This document shows, one piece after another, positions 50,781 to 64,000 of a stretch of 64,000 bases of DNA. Within the stretch, counting starts at the first letter, position 1. Every line of letters begins with the position of its first letter. Source of the stretch: Mobula hypostoma. Its lineage: Eukaryota. Location of the stretch: the NCBI RefSeq assembly GCF_963921235.1, contig NC_086109.1:30258001-30322000 (forward strand), read 5' to 3'. The notes under the pieces are model-generated. The model saw only the letters and a list, made by a program, of their open reading frames with translations. It made no database searches and was not told the origin of the DNA. The translations under genes were made by a program, and so were the position numbers.

Positions 50781-52294
50781 TTTTACTTGTAATTATAAAC
50801 AGAACATGCTGGACATATTTAGCAGGTCAGGCAGCACCTTTGGAAAGTGAGTGTTGATGTTTCAGCTTGATGCCCTTTTCATCAATATGATCTGATGAAT
50901 GGCCATGAATCTGAAATATTACTTTGATTTCCATCTGTAGGTTTTTTTTTTGCTTTTTGATTACTTTAATTTCCTGTTTTTTTTTTCAAAAGGAATAGTG
51001 AAATGTGTAGATTATTTCCTGAGCTATTATGTATATGTATAAATTCATGAATATGTTTGTATTCCTGATAACTGGTTCTGCTTCCATTTTTATATTAGCT
51101 TACAGATTATCACATTCTGGTTAAAGTGAAGCACATGGATCAAAGCACAATTAATTTCTTTGATTCCCAGTGTATAGTTTTTTTTCCTCTCAAAAGCAGC
51201 CTTCTTGGCTGGCTTCCCTGTTGCTACTGATCTTAGAAATGATTTGCCAATATAAGGAGGAGAGTTAAAACTGAAATAAAAATGACTAAAGTTTGGGGAT
51301 AGTTGGATGATATCATAGCTAGGAAAGAATTATTCTTGTTTGAGATTTAAATCTATTTAAAACTGGCAAATGTATACACAATTATAGTACTGCAGGTGTT
51401 TTCACTCTTGCGAATAAGGGAGCTGGGCAATCAGTACTGCAATCATATATGTGATGCTGATTCCTCTGTTGTTGGGTAAATTTGGTACTCTGGTCAGGAA
51501 TTAGGTAGTAAGCGGTCTTTTAACATTTAGGAAGAGATGAGTTCCATCATGAAAGTATGAGCAGAAACAACACCAAGAACATACAAATTCATGTACCTTT
51601 ACTAATTTTCTGAATCGTACAGGTGTGGTAGTGTTTTGCCACAGTTGTATTTGACATCTGGAATTGTAAATATTAGTACTGTGTGTATGACTGAAAAGCT
51701 TACAGCCGCACCGTCAAAACCAGAAAGATGTTGCATGGTTTATCAACAGTTTCTTTAGACCTTTTGGATGTAAGTGAATTATAACTGTGACTTTTCACCT
51801 TTTCACTGTGTGGGGTTTCAATATGCTGAGCTAACAAAAGGCACAATTTATTGTCAATTGTGCAATAGGTCCAAATGACATGTTTTTTTCTTATGTGCAT
51901 TGTGCATTAGCAGTTATGGTCCCGTTTTGGAACAATACAAGACGTTTCATTTAAATTGTTTAACATAAACTTGCAGAACCACATGATATAATAAGAACAC
52001 TCTTTTCAGCAGTGAGGAAATAAATACCTAAGTCCCTTGGATGTTACTGTTTTTGAAAAATGCCAAATTTTTTAAACCATGTTTCTTTTTAATGCTTCTG
52101 TAGACAGTGTTATTACGAGGCTTTAAAAATTAAATTCTGCTCCACATTAGTCATTGGTCTTTGAGTTTTATTTCATCTTTACAGCCCATTGTATGCCTAC
52201 AATCTGTGTTGCTTATTTTAGTAGGTCTGAACTGGAAATTGAGCAGGAAAACCATAGAACTGTTATTTCCCATATTGATCAAATTCTTCAGATT

Positions 52295-53112
52295 TGGATT
52301 TCAGAGGTTCATTTATTGTCAAAGTATGCAACTCTAAATTTCTTCTCCAGATAGCCATGAAACCAAGACAGAAAAGAAAGGCAGTGTGATCATCAGCCCC
52401 TAAATCACACCTTCCCGTGCAAAAAGATGGACAAAAACGGAACGGGCACATCAACCCCCAAATCCCACTCCACCACACACAAAAAAAAACAGAGAGATCA
52501 GGAGAAAAACACAGAACTTAAAAAAACTATAAGATTGGAGAAAATGACTAGTCCAAGTTGATATACAAAATGCAGAAAACCTGGGTAACATTCTCTGGAC
52601 ACAGCAGCAGGCCTTTTCCTCTCCAGTTGCAGAGCGAATCCCGGACGTCAAAAGGCAGTCTCCCCTCTCTGGTAGCAGAGCAGAGTGATCACCTAGTGAT
52701 TTAAAAAAAAGGCAGTCTCATTCTCGGTAGTAGTATGATCCCACCAGCAATCAAAAGGCAGGCAGCTGGCACTCACCTTCCACATTTACCTTGATGTTTC
52801 AATCTCTCTTGTCGCTTTAATCAGTGAAATAGAGTCGAACATCGGCTCGTGCCCCCTCCTGCAGCCTTCTCAGCATGAGGTTTGCGCACGCTGCCTCTGC
52901 CTCCTGGAATCCTCTGGGAGACTGCAGAGTGCTGAAGCACCCAAACAATCTCCAAACTGAAAATCACAGGTTCCAGGAGTTCCAGAATCACTTTCAAGAT
53001 GAAAAACAATTGTAAAATTACATAAATGAAGTGAAATATATATGGTTTCATGATCTATCCAGAAGATGTTGATCGAACGAGCGTTGTACAGAAGCATGAT
53101 CTTGACCAGAAG
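52295..53112 (-). mobile_element. Probable non-autonomous retroposon
   Basis: Inverted poly(A)-signal-like end (catttattgtcaaag), 5'-like cttctggtcaagat end, internal aaaaggcagtctc repeats. Confidence 0.4.
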
Positions 53113-53288
53113 AAACCCATTTGATTAAATTCTAATAGTCTTTAAATATAATTATGTCTGCACATTCAAAGTAAATGCCTCATTTTGACAAGCCAACATA
53201 CCCATTAAACATTAGCAATTTTACAGTTATTTCTTCTGTGCGTCATGACTCTCAAAATCTGAAACTAGTTTTCAGATTTATGGTTTTG

Positions 53289-53480
53289 CTGGCTGTGTAG
53301 TGACATCAGCACAGGACTTTGAGGCGGGTGGTCCTGAGATCGAATCCAGCCGGGTCCCAACCTGGGGTTCAGCAGTATCTGTGCGGAAGAAAGGCCTGGT
53401 AATCTACTGCCATATCTTGCTACGAAAACCTTACAGACAACTACTCTATCCATAGGGTTGCCATGGGTCAACAGCAACAA
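53289..53480 (+). mobile_element. tRNA-derived SINE with an RTE/BovB-like tail
   Basis: A-box-like ggctgtgtagtg, B-box-like gagatcgaatcc, then ggtaatctact...gaaaac...ccatagggttgccatgggtc and a caa-repeat tail. Confidence 0.6.
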
Positions 53481-56006
53481 ATACAAGGAAAACGTTATCC
53501 ATCATTTACTGACTAAATATAACGAAGAAGATAGAATATAATTTGAATATATTTCCGTTTCACACAAGCATGAATTCAGTGATCTTGCTGTCCCAATGTA
53601 AGGCCATACTCCTAGCAGAACTGGTTCTTGTGTAAGTCAATTCTCAGTGAATTCACTTGAAGGTATGTAATGCAGTCTTCCTATTTATTACTTCCTCAGT
53701 ATGATATATCCTCTTTTAATAACAGTTTATTTCACGAAGAGGTTGTTTCATGTTGATTTGCAGTTACAACTATGGTGGGAAGAATTCTTAAGGTAGCTTT
53801 GACCAGCACTAGAGTTACAAAGATGAGTGCCTTTTTTTGTATATTTATGGCACCACCATTGCCTAAGTTTATATTTACTGACCAAGTTATAAAAGAAGTA
53901 GGTACTTGTGTGGAATCCTATTTGTTACATCCAAGTCATTGTTCAATAACTTGTGATTTGTATGCCAGGGACTTATATCAGCTCCTTGAACACCCTCCCC
54001 CTGGTTTATTCCAGGTAAGTCTCCTCCTGTTTAAATTTGTTCTTTCTGACATTAGCTTTAAGGTTATGGTTTTCACTGGTTCTGTTTGTCTTATTTAATC
54101 TAAAATGGTGCTTAGGATTTGCCATTTTTATTCTGGCTGTATATAATAGGTGTTGTGAACACTATACAGATGTTTTTCTTGAAGAATAAGGAGTGCATAC
54201 TTCAACTTTTCCAATAACTCAGTCGCCTGACTATAGAGGTAAGCACTTTTAACATTTATTTTTCAGTAACAGAAAAATATTCAGCGCACAACCATGATTC
54301 AAATAAGCTGCAAAATGTATTCATTCCCGCTTGCTTTTCCCAACATCAATCATCAGGTTTCCTGTAAGTCGTTGTCCTTCATCACTGCTTCCTAAAGTAC
54401 TCAAGTTCTAGTTCTGCGTAAGATAGCAATGTTTCACGAAGTTCAGTGAAGCTTTCACTTTCCAAATGATAGATAATAAGACTTAGAGCTCCAGATAATG
54501 CAACATCAGTATAATGTCAATAACATGCCAGAATATTTGAAAGGGATTATATTATTAATCACTTGTAGATGTTCCAGAAAATTTGATGCTGTGCTGCATT
54601 TGGGAAATAAGCAAAAGCGTAGACAAAAAGATAAGCACAGGGAGCACTCAGAAGAGGAAAGAAAGATGGAGAAATCAAGGTTTGTGTGAGAATTACAGAA
54701 GTTAGTTGCTGGAGTAAATTTAACTACATTCAAAAAGCCAAAGTGGAGAACTAAAAACAGCTTTCCCAGTTTTCCAACTTGAAGAGCATACAGTGTTAGG
54801 AAAAGGTGAGACTATGAAAGGACTTCTAAATGAGAGTGAGAGTTTTAATATCGTGGTTGTTATGTACCGGTATATCAAAGAGAACAGATGTTTGATGAAT
54901 GAAACTTGATACGACTTGCTTCCGGTCTTGGTGGGTTCTGAGGAGATTAATGAAGCCAGAGTCTTCCACAGTTAGGGCAGGCAGTTGGATGGTTTGTCGA
55001 TTGGTTAACTTCTGCTTATGCACAGTTTCTATGTGTCCCCAACAGGTGGATCCAGGGTCTCAATAATGATGACAATTCCAGAAGTAAACGAGCTGCTTCA
55101 GGAGTGACATCATGGAGGTGCATACGTCATCTGAAAACTATTTCGTGTTTAAATATGAAGCCTCTGTTGGCATTCAGGCAAATACCAGGAAGGGCTATAA
55201 ATATAGTGACAATGGAATTGAATATATAGCTAAGGTCAGAAGTAATAATTTGAGTCTTCTCAGTATATTGCTTGAGGAAGCTGCTGTTCCATTTGAACTA
55301 CATGTTCTGAAAAATCTGACAATTTAAAGAAAATACAGGGGCTAAAAGAACTGTTTCTGAGGTTGATCTGAATGTTGTCTCTGCACATATAGTTTCTGTT
55401 GCTGAAGGGCAAAATGAAATTGGATGGATCCAAGGATTTACTTTAAGAGATGATTCTGAGGATTGAAAACAACATGCAGTAATTGAACATTGTGCCATGT
55501 ATATTAATGGCTTTAAGATACATTCTGGACACAGAAAACTGACAGCATACATTAATCTAATATATCAATATTTAAGCTTGAACAAGGCTCCCTGATTAAC
55601 TTGATGAAAGAAATAAAACATTGATCCCTACCAATATTTTTCAGAATAATCATGTTTTAACACCTCCTTAACTTCTTCATAATGAATGACAGTATGACCT
55701 TCTCACATTTCTAAGACCTGTAAACCTAGTATATATGGCACCATACTTCAGCTTTAATTTCAGATATTGCCTCGCAATACTATAGCTTTAAATGATATTT
55801 GTTGGTCCTCTGCCAATGTCGTTTGAAAACAAGAGTAGATGATAACTGAAGAACAGCTAGACAAATATCAGTGCAAAAACAGCTGCCACCCTAACTTGCA
55901 GAAATATTGTATATCACCAAGTGTATTTTAAGCAAATATACGAAAATAATTGACTGGTTAAAATATTCAAGGTATATTCAATATGTAAATTCAAAATTGA
56001 AGGAGT

Positions 56007-56293
56007 CAGGGTAATTAAGCAGTTAGCGCAACGCTATTACAGCTAGGTGGTTGGAGTTCAGAGCTCAGTTCCGGCACTAACTGTAAGGAATTTGTATGTT
56101 CCTCCCATATGTGCATGTGTTTCCTTCGAGTGCTCTGGTTTCCTCCCACTGACCAAAGACTTTCCGGTTAGTAGGTTAATTGATCATTGTAAATTATCCT
56201 GTGATTAGGCTAGAGTTTAACAGGTGTGTTGCTGGGCAACATGGCTTGTTGGGCCATAGGACTTGTTCTGCGTTGTACTCCTAAATAAAATAA
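56007..56293 (+). mobile_element. HE1-like SINE
   Basis: gcagttagcgcaacgctattacagc...gtgctctggtttcctcccactgaccaaagac...aaataaaataaaa tail. Confidence 0.75.
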
Positions 56294-57510
56294 AATATTG
56301 TAGTTTGGCATTTCAGTAATTTTCAAACTTTTTGTTACAGTGACTAATCTGCAATTTGCCATTTTCTAAATTGGTACAAGCATTCTCATCCATTTAGGTC
56401 ATGCAAGTTTTACGAGATTAATTTGGTATTGCTCAGCTACATTTTTACTGATTGACTTTTAATCTAAGTATCTGCTTTGTGTTTGAAACAAACCAGAGCA
56501 GCCAACACAAATGAATGTCATCACACATTAGCACATTAATTACATGCTATTGTGGAACTGTGGTCTTGAGCAAATGGTTTCTTGATAATTTCAATAACCC
56601 ACTTACAGTTAGGTGCACTACATTGTCTCCTTATAACAGCTCTCAGACTGGATTCCAGACATTGTTCTCTTCCTTCCCCAACTCTTACCTTTCTCAACAA
56701 CCTGCAATAATCAAAGTGCAGAAGTGAAGGCAGACCAATCTATTCTGACCTTACATTCTCCAGGATTCCTCATAGGGTATCACTCTCCTGTTTCAATTCT
56801 CTCCACTGGGCACATGAGCAAATGAGAAACAGCAGGGGGAAAAGAAAGAAATGTGGGATGTATGATCAGCTGTGCAACTTAAAACCATGATTAACCAATG
56901 ATTAATCCTGATAAATTGCTTTCATTGTTGGAAAGTCCAATAAACTGTCTGAAGATATTTTGGCATTGAACTGCAGATGTAAATTTCAAATCCTATTCAG
57001 GCATGTAAAGGAATGAAGAATCACATTCTCTCGCTTCTCCCTTTTATAACTCCCTCAGTCTATAGATTTATGAGGAGTTGCATATATTAAATGGTATACC
57101 AGCACACAAAATGGCTTACACTTTGAATTCTAGTCTAATCAAACACAAAGATATTTAATAACAGTCTGCCATATCTGCCAGATATAAAGAGACCCACATA
57201 AAGCACTTCAATCTTGCTTGTGGGTGTACGTGAATTAATCTGCTCCAAACTGAGCCTGATATTATAGAAAGACCAATATTATCTATGATGAGAGTTGAGA
57301 GTTATCATATTACTGAGATAACCATTGTTCTTTTGAGGTAAGCTGCAATATCTTAGGACAATATCCCCACATGTCACAAAACCATATATTTTCTGAATGA
57401 GTCTCGGACACTTTCATTTTTCATTATGGATTAGTAAATACAAGAATAAACGTCTTTTGTGATGTAAAAGCATTGTGTTTATTTATTCATTTGCAAAAAG
57501 TGGTCAGTAT

Positions 57511-59145
57511 AACATAGAACATAGAATAGTACAGCACAGTACAGGCCCTTCGGCCCACAATGTTGGGCCGACCCTTAAACCCTACCTCCCATATAACCCC
57601 CCACCTTAAATTCCTCCATATACCTGTCTAGTAGTCTCTTAAATTTCACTAGTGTATCTGCCTCCACCACTGACTCAGGCAGTGCATTCCATGCACCAAC
57701 CACTCTCTGAGTAAAAAACCTTCCTGTAATATCCCCCTATATCCCCCTTGAATTTCCCACCCGTTACCTTAAAGCCATGTCCCCGTACTGAGCAGTGGTG
57801 CCCTGGGGAAGAGGCGCTGGCTGTCCACTCTATCTATTCATCTTAATATCTTGTATACCTCTATCATGTCTCCTCTCATCCTGCTCCTCTCCAAAGAGTA
57901 AAGCCCTAGCTCCCTTAATCTTTGATCATAATCTAAACCAGGCAGCATCCTGGTAAATCTCCTCTGTACCCTTTCCAATGCTTCCACATCCTTCCTATAG
58001 TGAGGCGACCAGAACTGGACACAGTACTCCAAGTGTGGCCTAACCAGAGTTTTATAGAGCTGCATCATTATCTCGCGGCTCTTAAACTCTATCCCTCGAC
58101 TTATGAAACCTAACACCCCATAAGCTTTCGTAACTACCCTATCTACCTATGAGGCAACTTTCAGGGATCTGTGGACATGTACCCCCAGATCCCTCTGCTC
58201 CTCCACACTATTCAAGTATCCTGCCATTTACTTTGTACTCTGCCTTGGAGTTTGTCCTTCCAAAGTGTACCCCCTCACACTTCTCCGGGTTGAACTCCAT
58301 CTGCCACTTCTCAGCCCACTTCTGCATCCTATCAATGTCTCTCTGCAATCTTCGACAATCCTCTACACTATCTACAACACCACCAACCTTTGTGCCGTCT
58401 GAAAACTTGTCAACCCACCCTTCTACCCTTACATCTAGGTCGTTAATAAAAATCACGAAAAGTAGAGGTCCCAGAACCGATCCTTGTGGTACACCACTAG
58501 TCACAACCCTTCAACCCTTCAATCCGAATGTACTCCCTCCACCACGACCCTCTGCATTCTGCAGGCAAGCCAATTCTGAATCCACCTGGGCAAACTTCCC
58601 TGGATCCCATGCCTTCTGACTTCCTGAATAAGCCTACCATGTGGAACCTTGTCAAATGCCTTACTAAAATCCATGTAGATCACATCCACTGCACTACCCT
58701 CATCTATATGCCTGGTCACCTCCTCAAAGAACTCTATCAGGCTTGTTAAACACGATCTGCCCTTCACAAAGCCATGCTGACTGTCCCTGATCAGACTATG
58801 ATTCTCTAAATGCCTATAGATCCTATCTCTAAGAATCTTTTCCAATAGCTTTCCCACCACAGACGCAAGGCTCACTGGTCTGTAATTACCCGGACTATCC
58901 CTCCTACCTTTTTTTGAACAAGAGGACAACATTTGCCTCCCTCCAGTCCTCCGATACCATTCCCGTGGACAACGAGGACATAAAGATCCTAGCCAGAGTC
59001 TCAGCAATTTCTTCCCTTGCTTCTTGAAGCAGCCTGGGGAATATTCTGTCCAGCCCCGGGGACTTATCCGTCATAATGTATTTTAACAACTCCAACATCA
59101 CCTCTCCCTTAATATCAACATGCTCCAGAACGTCAACATCACATA
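57511..59145 (-). mobile_element. Young CR1 LINE ORF2 3' ~1.6 kb (frameshifted)
   Basis: GNYRPVSL, QHGFVKGRSC, YMDFSKAFDKVPH, GVPQGSVLGPLLFVIFINDL and [13 protein letters not shown] motifs; (catagaa)n tail. Confidence 0.95.
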
Positions 59146-60539
59146 TAAATATGATCAGCAATAATTCCTCCTTAATGTTGCCAGAGGCATGAGTTTGAGG
59201 ACTTTGTGCAATGATGATAAAAGATCAGTAATATATTGTGTGATTTGGAGGGAAGCTGTATGGACTTTTCCTCCAAGATCATAGAGATCGTGATTTTAGA
59301 AAATGGAATTGAATAATTATGTAAATGGATAATGTGCACTGCAACCAAGATTTTCCAGTGGTTGTTGAAGTGGGTGGAATGGCAGTTCTAAAATTATTTC
59401 TTTTAGTGATTTTTGGAGCTGCATGCATCCAAAAAAGAAGGTATTGCATCACATGACTAAATTATGCTTTGTTGACAGTAATAAAGCTTGAGGAGATGGG
59501 TGTGAATCACAAGATCATAGGACATTGGAGCAGAATTAGACCCATTTGTCCCTTTGAGTCTGCTCCACCATTCCATCATGGCTGATTTATTAACCCCCTC
59601 AACCTGATTTTTTTGCCATGATGACCAGACTCTGGAATATTCTTGTATCATAATATTTAAGTGATGATGCTGTTATATTTAGGGTCTTGGATGGTATTTG
59701 TGATGATGGAATTACAGTTGTAAAACCTTTTTAATATGAAGTGGACGTGGTAAATCCTCTTACTAGAAATAGACATTTCCTGGCATTTATGTGGTGCATT
59801 TGAGTATCACTTGACATTCATTTGCCTGTGCTGTCCAGTTCTCTTTGCAGGCAGCCACAGACTCTTTAAATTCCTCAAACGTGTGCAATGGAACTTAACA
59901 TCAAATCCTCAGTGTCTTTCCTTACAATCGGGGAAGACCATTGTTGCAGCAGCTGAAGATGGTGGGAACTACGAGGAGTGGCAAGGACAGATTGCAAACA
60001 GCTTATGAACTAAGAGAAATAGTAACTTTTATATATTCATTTAAAAAGTACAAACGGAACCCAAACCATGGTACTTTGTACAATTCAGCTGGACAGCACG
60101 GGCATGAGTGTTGTAATTATAATGAATTCAGTCATAATGAGAGCAGTCAGGTATTTCAATATATGCAAGATGTTACCTCCCTAGTGCCTCCTTCTAAGTA
60201 GTCATTGAACTAACCATAAAAATAGCACAAAAAACTGAATCTAGGAGATGAAAGAAAGCTTTCTGAAGTGGATGCATATCAGCCTATGCATCTTAACCTT
60301 GATAAGTTCAAGAAGACCACAAATGCAAGCCACATATATTGTATGTTAGCACATTATTCTTTTGGTTAACATGTATGACTATTTTATGTAATTTATATTC
60401 GGATATATTTGGCTAGTATTGCTGGATTATGAATCAATCTTATTCCTTATCCCTGTTATCTTTACAAAAAAACCTGAAATTTTTCAGACTGCAGAAACTT
60501 AAAATGAAATACATGAAAAAATATCGGCAGGTCAAATCA

Positions 60540-61750
60540 AGGTGCTCACAATGATGTTTTATAAATACTTGAAATGCACACAGTTAACAAAGGGAAGTGT
60601 AGGACTTTTGAAAGGCTGAAAAAGTACCGACCATTGATGCAGAAGACATGAACTAACCATAAAAACCTCACGGCTGGATGAATGGAAGATTTCATGTAAT
60701 GGCCATTGCTTCTGAAGTGGGAAAGATAAAGACCGAATAATTAATGACCAGTCAGCTGAGGATCACTAATGAACAAATTAATGAAAAGACTAAATTCTGG
60801 AGGAATTTTGAAAGACATAGATTAATCAAGAGTAATTGATATGGATTTATTTAAGGCAAAGCTGAGACTGAACTTTTTAAGGAGAGGAAGAAATTATTAT
60901 TTAGCAACATTTTGACTGAGTTCCATGTGGAAAACTGATTGAAAAAGAAAAAGTTATTTGAATCACAAGGCAACTGATCAGTTCAATCAGAAATTGACTC
61001 AGTAGCAGGAAGCAAAATACAATGGTCAATGGATGTTTTAGTGACGAAAGACTGCAATGTGGTTTTCCAAGGCAAAGTCTTTTCCTTCTATTGATTTAGT
61101 CTGAAGAGTTCTGATTAAGTTGTCTAGCAATGGAAAATTTGGTTGGTGAGGAGCAAAGCTCTGACCAAAGAAGCATTTCGAGGGACTAGTCAGGTGGGCA
61201 TTGGAGCATGGTGCATGTCCAATAATCACAACTGAGGTAGAAGACATACAGGTGTTCTCAGATAAAGTTAAAGCATAGACAATTCACACCCAGGCTAACA
61301 TATTGGTAACTCCCTTTGGGCTCAGCTCAGGACTTAGTGAAGGATACTTTCCTTTATTGACAAGGAATATAAGAGCATGGAAGTTAACATTACATAAAGG
61401 ACTAGTCAGGCCACAGCAGAGGTATTCTGAATGACTCTGGTGCATATGACTGGAAGGATGTGGCTTTACAATGTTTCCACCTTGACTACATAATTTTAAG
61501 AATGGAGAAAAATTACTTGGACTATCTTTCTTTGGAAGGGGTTGAGGGTGATTTAATCAAAGAGCATTGAAGCCTAGAAAGAATATAATATATATTTTAG
61601 ATACTTCTATAAAAGATTAGGGAAAGGTTGAGGGAAAATATTCTCACCCAGAGGATGATAATGGTATGATATAAATTGTCTGAAATATGATAGAGAAAGA
61701 AATGTTCAACACATTTAAAAGGTAATTGATGAAAGGCTATCCATATTCCT
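60540..61750 (+). mobile_element. Ancient CR1 ORF2 remnant
   Basis: Degenerate RPVS, gactagtcaggccacagcagaggtat (LVRPxLEY) and 3' motifs. Confidence 0.5.
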
Positions 61751-62080
61751 GCATACAGACAATGGGAATTATGAAATTCATTGAGATTGCTCTTATTTTG
61801 CTTTGGCTCCCATTCACACAATGGGCAAGGGGCTTCTGCACCATAAATTTCTATGAAAGTGCAATTATCTGCGCCAAGAGTTTCTGCAATTATATTCTGA
61901 GGTTTAGATGACTGGCTTTCAACAGCTATATTTATCTTTCATAATGTGACATATGGCTCCAGCGGAGATACAGTACATGATTCACGATGAATTTAGTGCA
62001 CTTTAGTTACATATCCTCTCTTTCACAATGCCACTGCCCAAACTTATGGCCTCTGCAGTAAGAAAAGACTTTAGTACTTG

Positions 62081-62494
62081 CACTCCATGGCCACTCTATT
62101 GGGTACACCTGTACAACTCATTAATTCAAATACATATCTAATCAGCCAATTATATGGCTGCAACTCAATGCATTAAAACATGCAGGCACAGTCAAGAGGT
62201 TCAGTTGTTTTTCAGATCAAACAACAATGGGGAAGAAATATGATCCAAGTGACTTGGACAATGGAATGATTGTTGGTGTCAGACAGGGTGCTCTGAGTAC
62301 CTCAGAAACTGCTGATCTAGTATTTTCACACACAAGTCTCTAGAGTTTACAGAGAGTGCTGCAAAAAAAGAAACATCCAGTGAACGACAGTTCTGTGGGT
62401 GAAAACACCTTGGTAATGAGAGAGGTCAAAGGAGAATTGCCATACTGGTTCAAGCTAACTGCAAGGCAATAGTAACTCAAATAACTACGCGTTA
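62081..62494 (+). mobile_element. Tc1 5' portion (left TIR plus transposase N-terminus)
   Basis: cactccatggccactctattgggtacacc end; ATG at 62227 gives MGKKYDPSDLDNGMIVGVRQG..SETADL; truncated by a CR1. Confidence 0.8.
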
Positions 62495-63404
62495 AGATAA
62501 TCAGAAATAGGAGCAGGAGCAGGCCGTCTGGATCATTGGCCCCCGCTCCACCATTCAGTAAGATCATAACTGATCTGGCCATGGACTCATCTCCACCTAC
62601 CTGCATTTTTCTCCAGAATTCCCCTACAATACAAAAATCTATCCATCATCCTCTTAAATGTATTTACTGTGGTAGCCTCCACAGAGAGTTCCACAGATTC
62701 ACCACTCTCTGGGCACAGCAGTTCCTCTTCATCTCTGTCCTAAATCTATTCCCCGAATTTTAAGGCTATGTCCCCTACTTCTAGTCTCACCTATCAGTGG
62801 AAACAATTATCCTGCCTCTATCTTATCTATCCCTTTCATAACCATATATGTTTCTATAAGATCTCCTCTCAGTCTTCTGAATTTCAGCATGTACCATCCC
62901 AGGCAACTCAATCTCTTCTTGTAGTCTAACCCCCTCATCTCTGGAATCAACCTGGTGAACCTCCACTGCACTGCCTCCAAAGCCAGTACATCCTTAAGTA
63001 AGGAGACCAGAACTGCATGCAGTACGCCAGGTGCAGCCTCACTAGTACCCTGTAGAGTTGCAGCATAGCTTCCCAGCTCTTCAGTTCAATCTCTCTAGCA
63101 ATGAAGACCAACATTCCGTTTGCCTTCTTGATAGCCTGCTGCACCTGCAAACCAACCATTTGCAGTTCATTCACATGATCCCCTGCATAACAGGATGCTG
63201 CAATTTTTTACCATTTAAATAGTAATCTGCTGTTTCATTTTTCCTTCCAAAGTGGATGACCTCGCATTTACCAACAATGTACTCCATCTATCAGACCCTT
63301 GTCCAATCATTTACACTATCTATATCTCTCTGAAGATTCTCTGTATCTTCTGAACAATTGACTTTTCCACCCAATTTAGTATCATCAATCAACAAACTTA
63401 GATA
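62495..63404 (-). mobile_element. CR1 3' fragment
   Basis: KKANGML...LYRVLVRLHLAYCMQFWSPY (62947-63174) plus a CR1 tail. Confidence 0.88.
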
Positions 63405-64000
63405 CCATAAGACCATAGATATAGGAGCAGAAGTAGGCCCTTCAGCCCGTCGAGTCTGCTCCACCATTCAATCATGGGCTGATCCAATTCATCCAGTCAT
63501 TCCCACTTCCCTGCCTTCTCCCCATACTCTTTGATGCCCTGGCTAATCAAGAACCTATCTATCTCTACCTTAAATGCACCCAATGACTTGGCCTCCACAG
63601 CTGCATGTGGCAACAAATTCCACATATTTACCATCTCTGACTGAAGTAATTTCTCCGCATCTCTGTTATAAATGAACATCCTTCAATTCTGAAGTTGTGC
63701 CCTCTTGTCCTAGACTCCCCCTACCATGGGAAATAACTTTGCCATATCTAATCTGTTCATGCCTTTTAACATTCAGAATGTTTCAATGAGATCCAACTGC
63801 ATTCTCCTGCACTCCAGGGAATACAGCCCAAGAGCCGCAGATGTTCTTCTTACAGGAACACTTTCATTCCTGGAATCATTCTTGTGAACCTTCTCTGAAC
63901 CCTCTCCAATGTCAGTATATCCTTTCTAAAATAAAGAGCCCAAAACTGCACACAATACTCCAAGTGTGGTCTCACGATTGCCTTACAGAGCCTCAACATC
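63405..64000 (-). mobile_element. CR1 3' fragment (runs off the window)
   Basis: ccataagaccatag tail; [36 protein letters not shown] near 63950. Confidence 0.9.

Overview
AT-rich vertebrate genomic DNA. The repeat repertoire (HE1-like SINEs, CR1, Rex-Babar and Penelope-type elements) suggests a cartilaginous fish, probably a ray or skate; this is inference. The only host gene I can support is the 3' end of TBC1D22B (Rab-GAP) on the + strand: a penultimate coding exon (31426-31521), a 17.1 kb intron and the terminal exon (CDS 48616-48744, then 3'UTR). I found no sign of the preceding exon, so 1-31425 is probably one large intron. The rest is a layered TE landscape: several Tc1 relics, a rearranged mariner MITE, a young hAT (Charlie/Buster) element with an 8-bp TSD, many CR1 and Rex-Babar LINE fragments, SINEs and microsatellites. 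The most interesting signals are (1) Penelope-type terminal repeats carrying minimal hammerhead-ribozyme cores, often as fold-back insertions with 13-15 bp TSDs and inversion points at the ribozyme, and (2) a hAT MITE flanked by inverted rather than direct host repeats. I cannot support a wholly new biological system. All family assignments are from motif recall, not database searches, and boundaries of old repeats are approximate.
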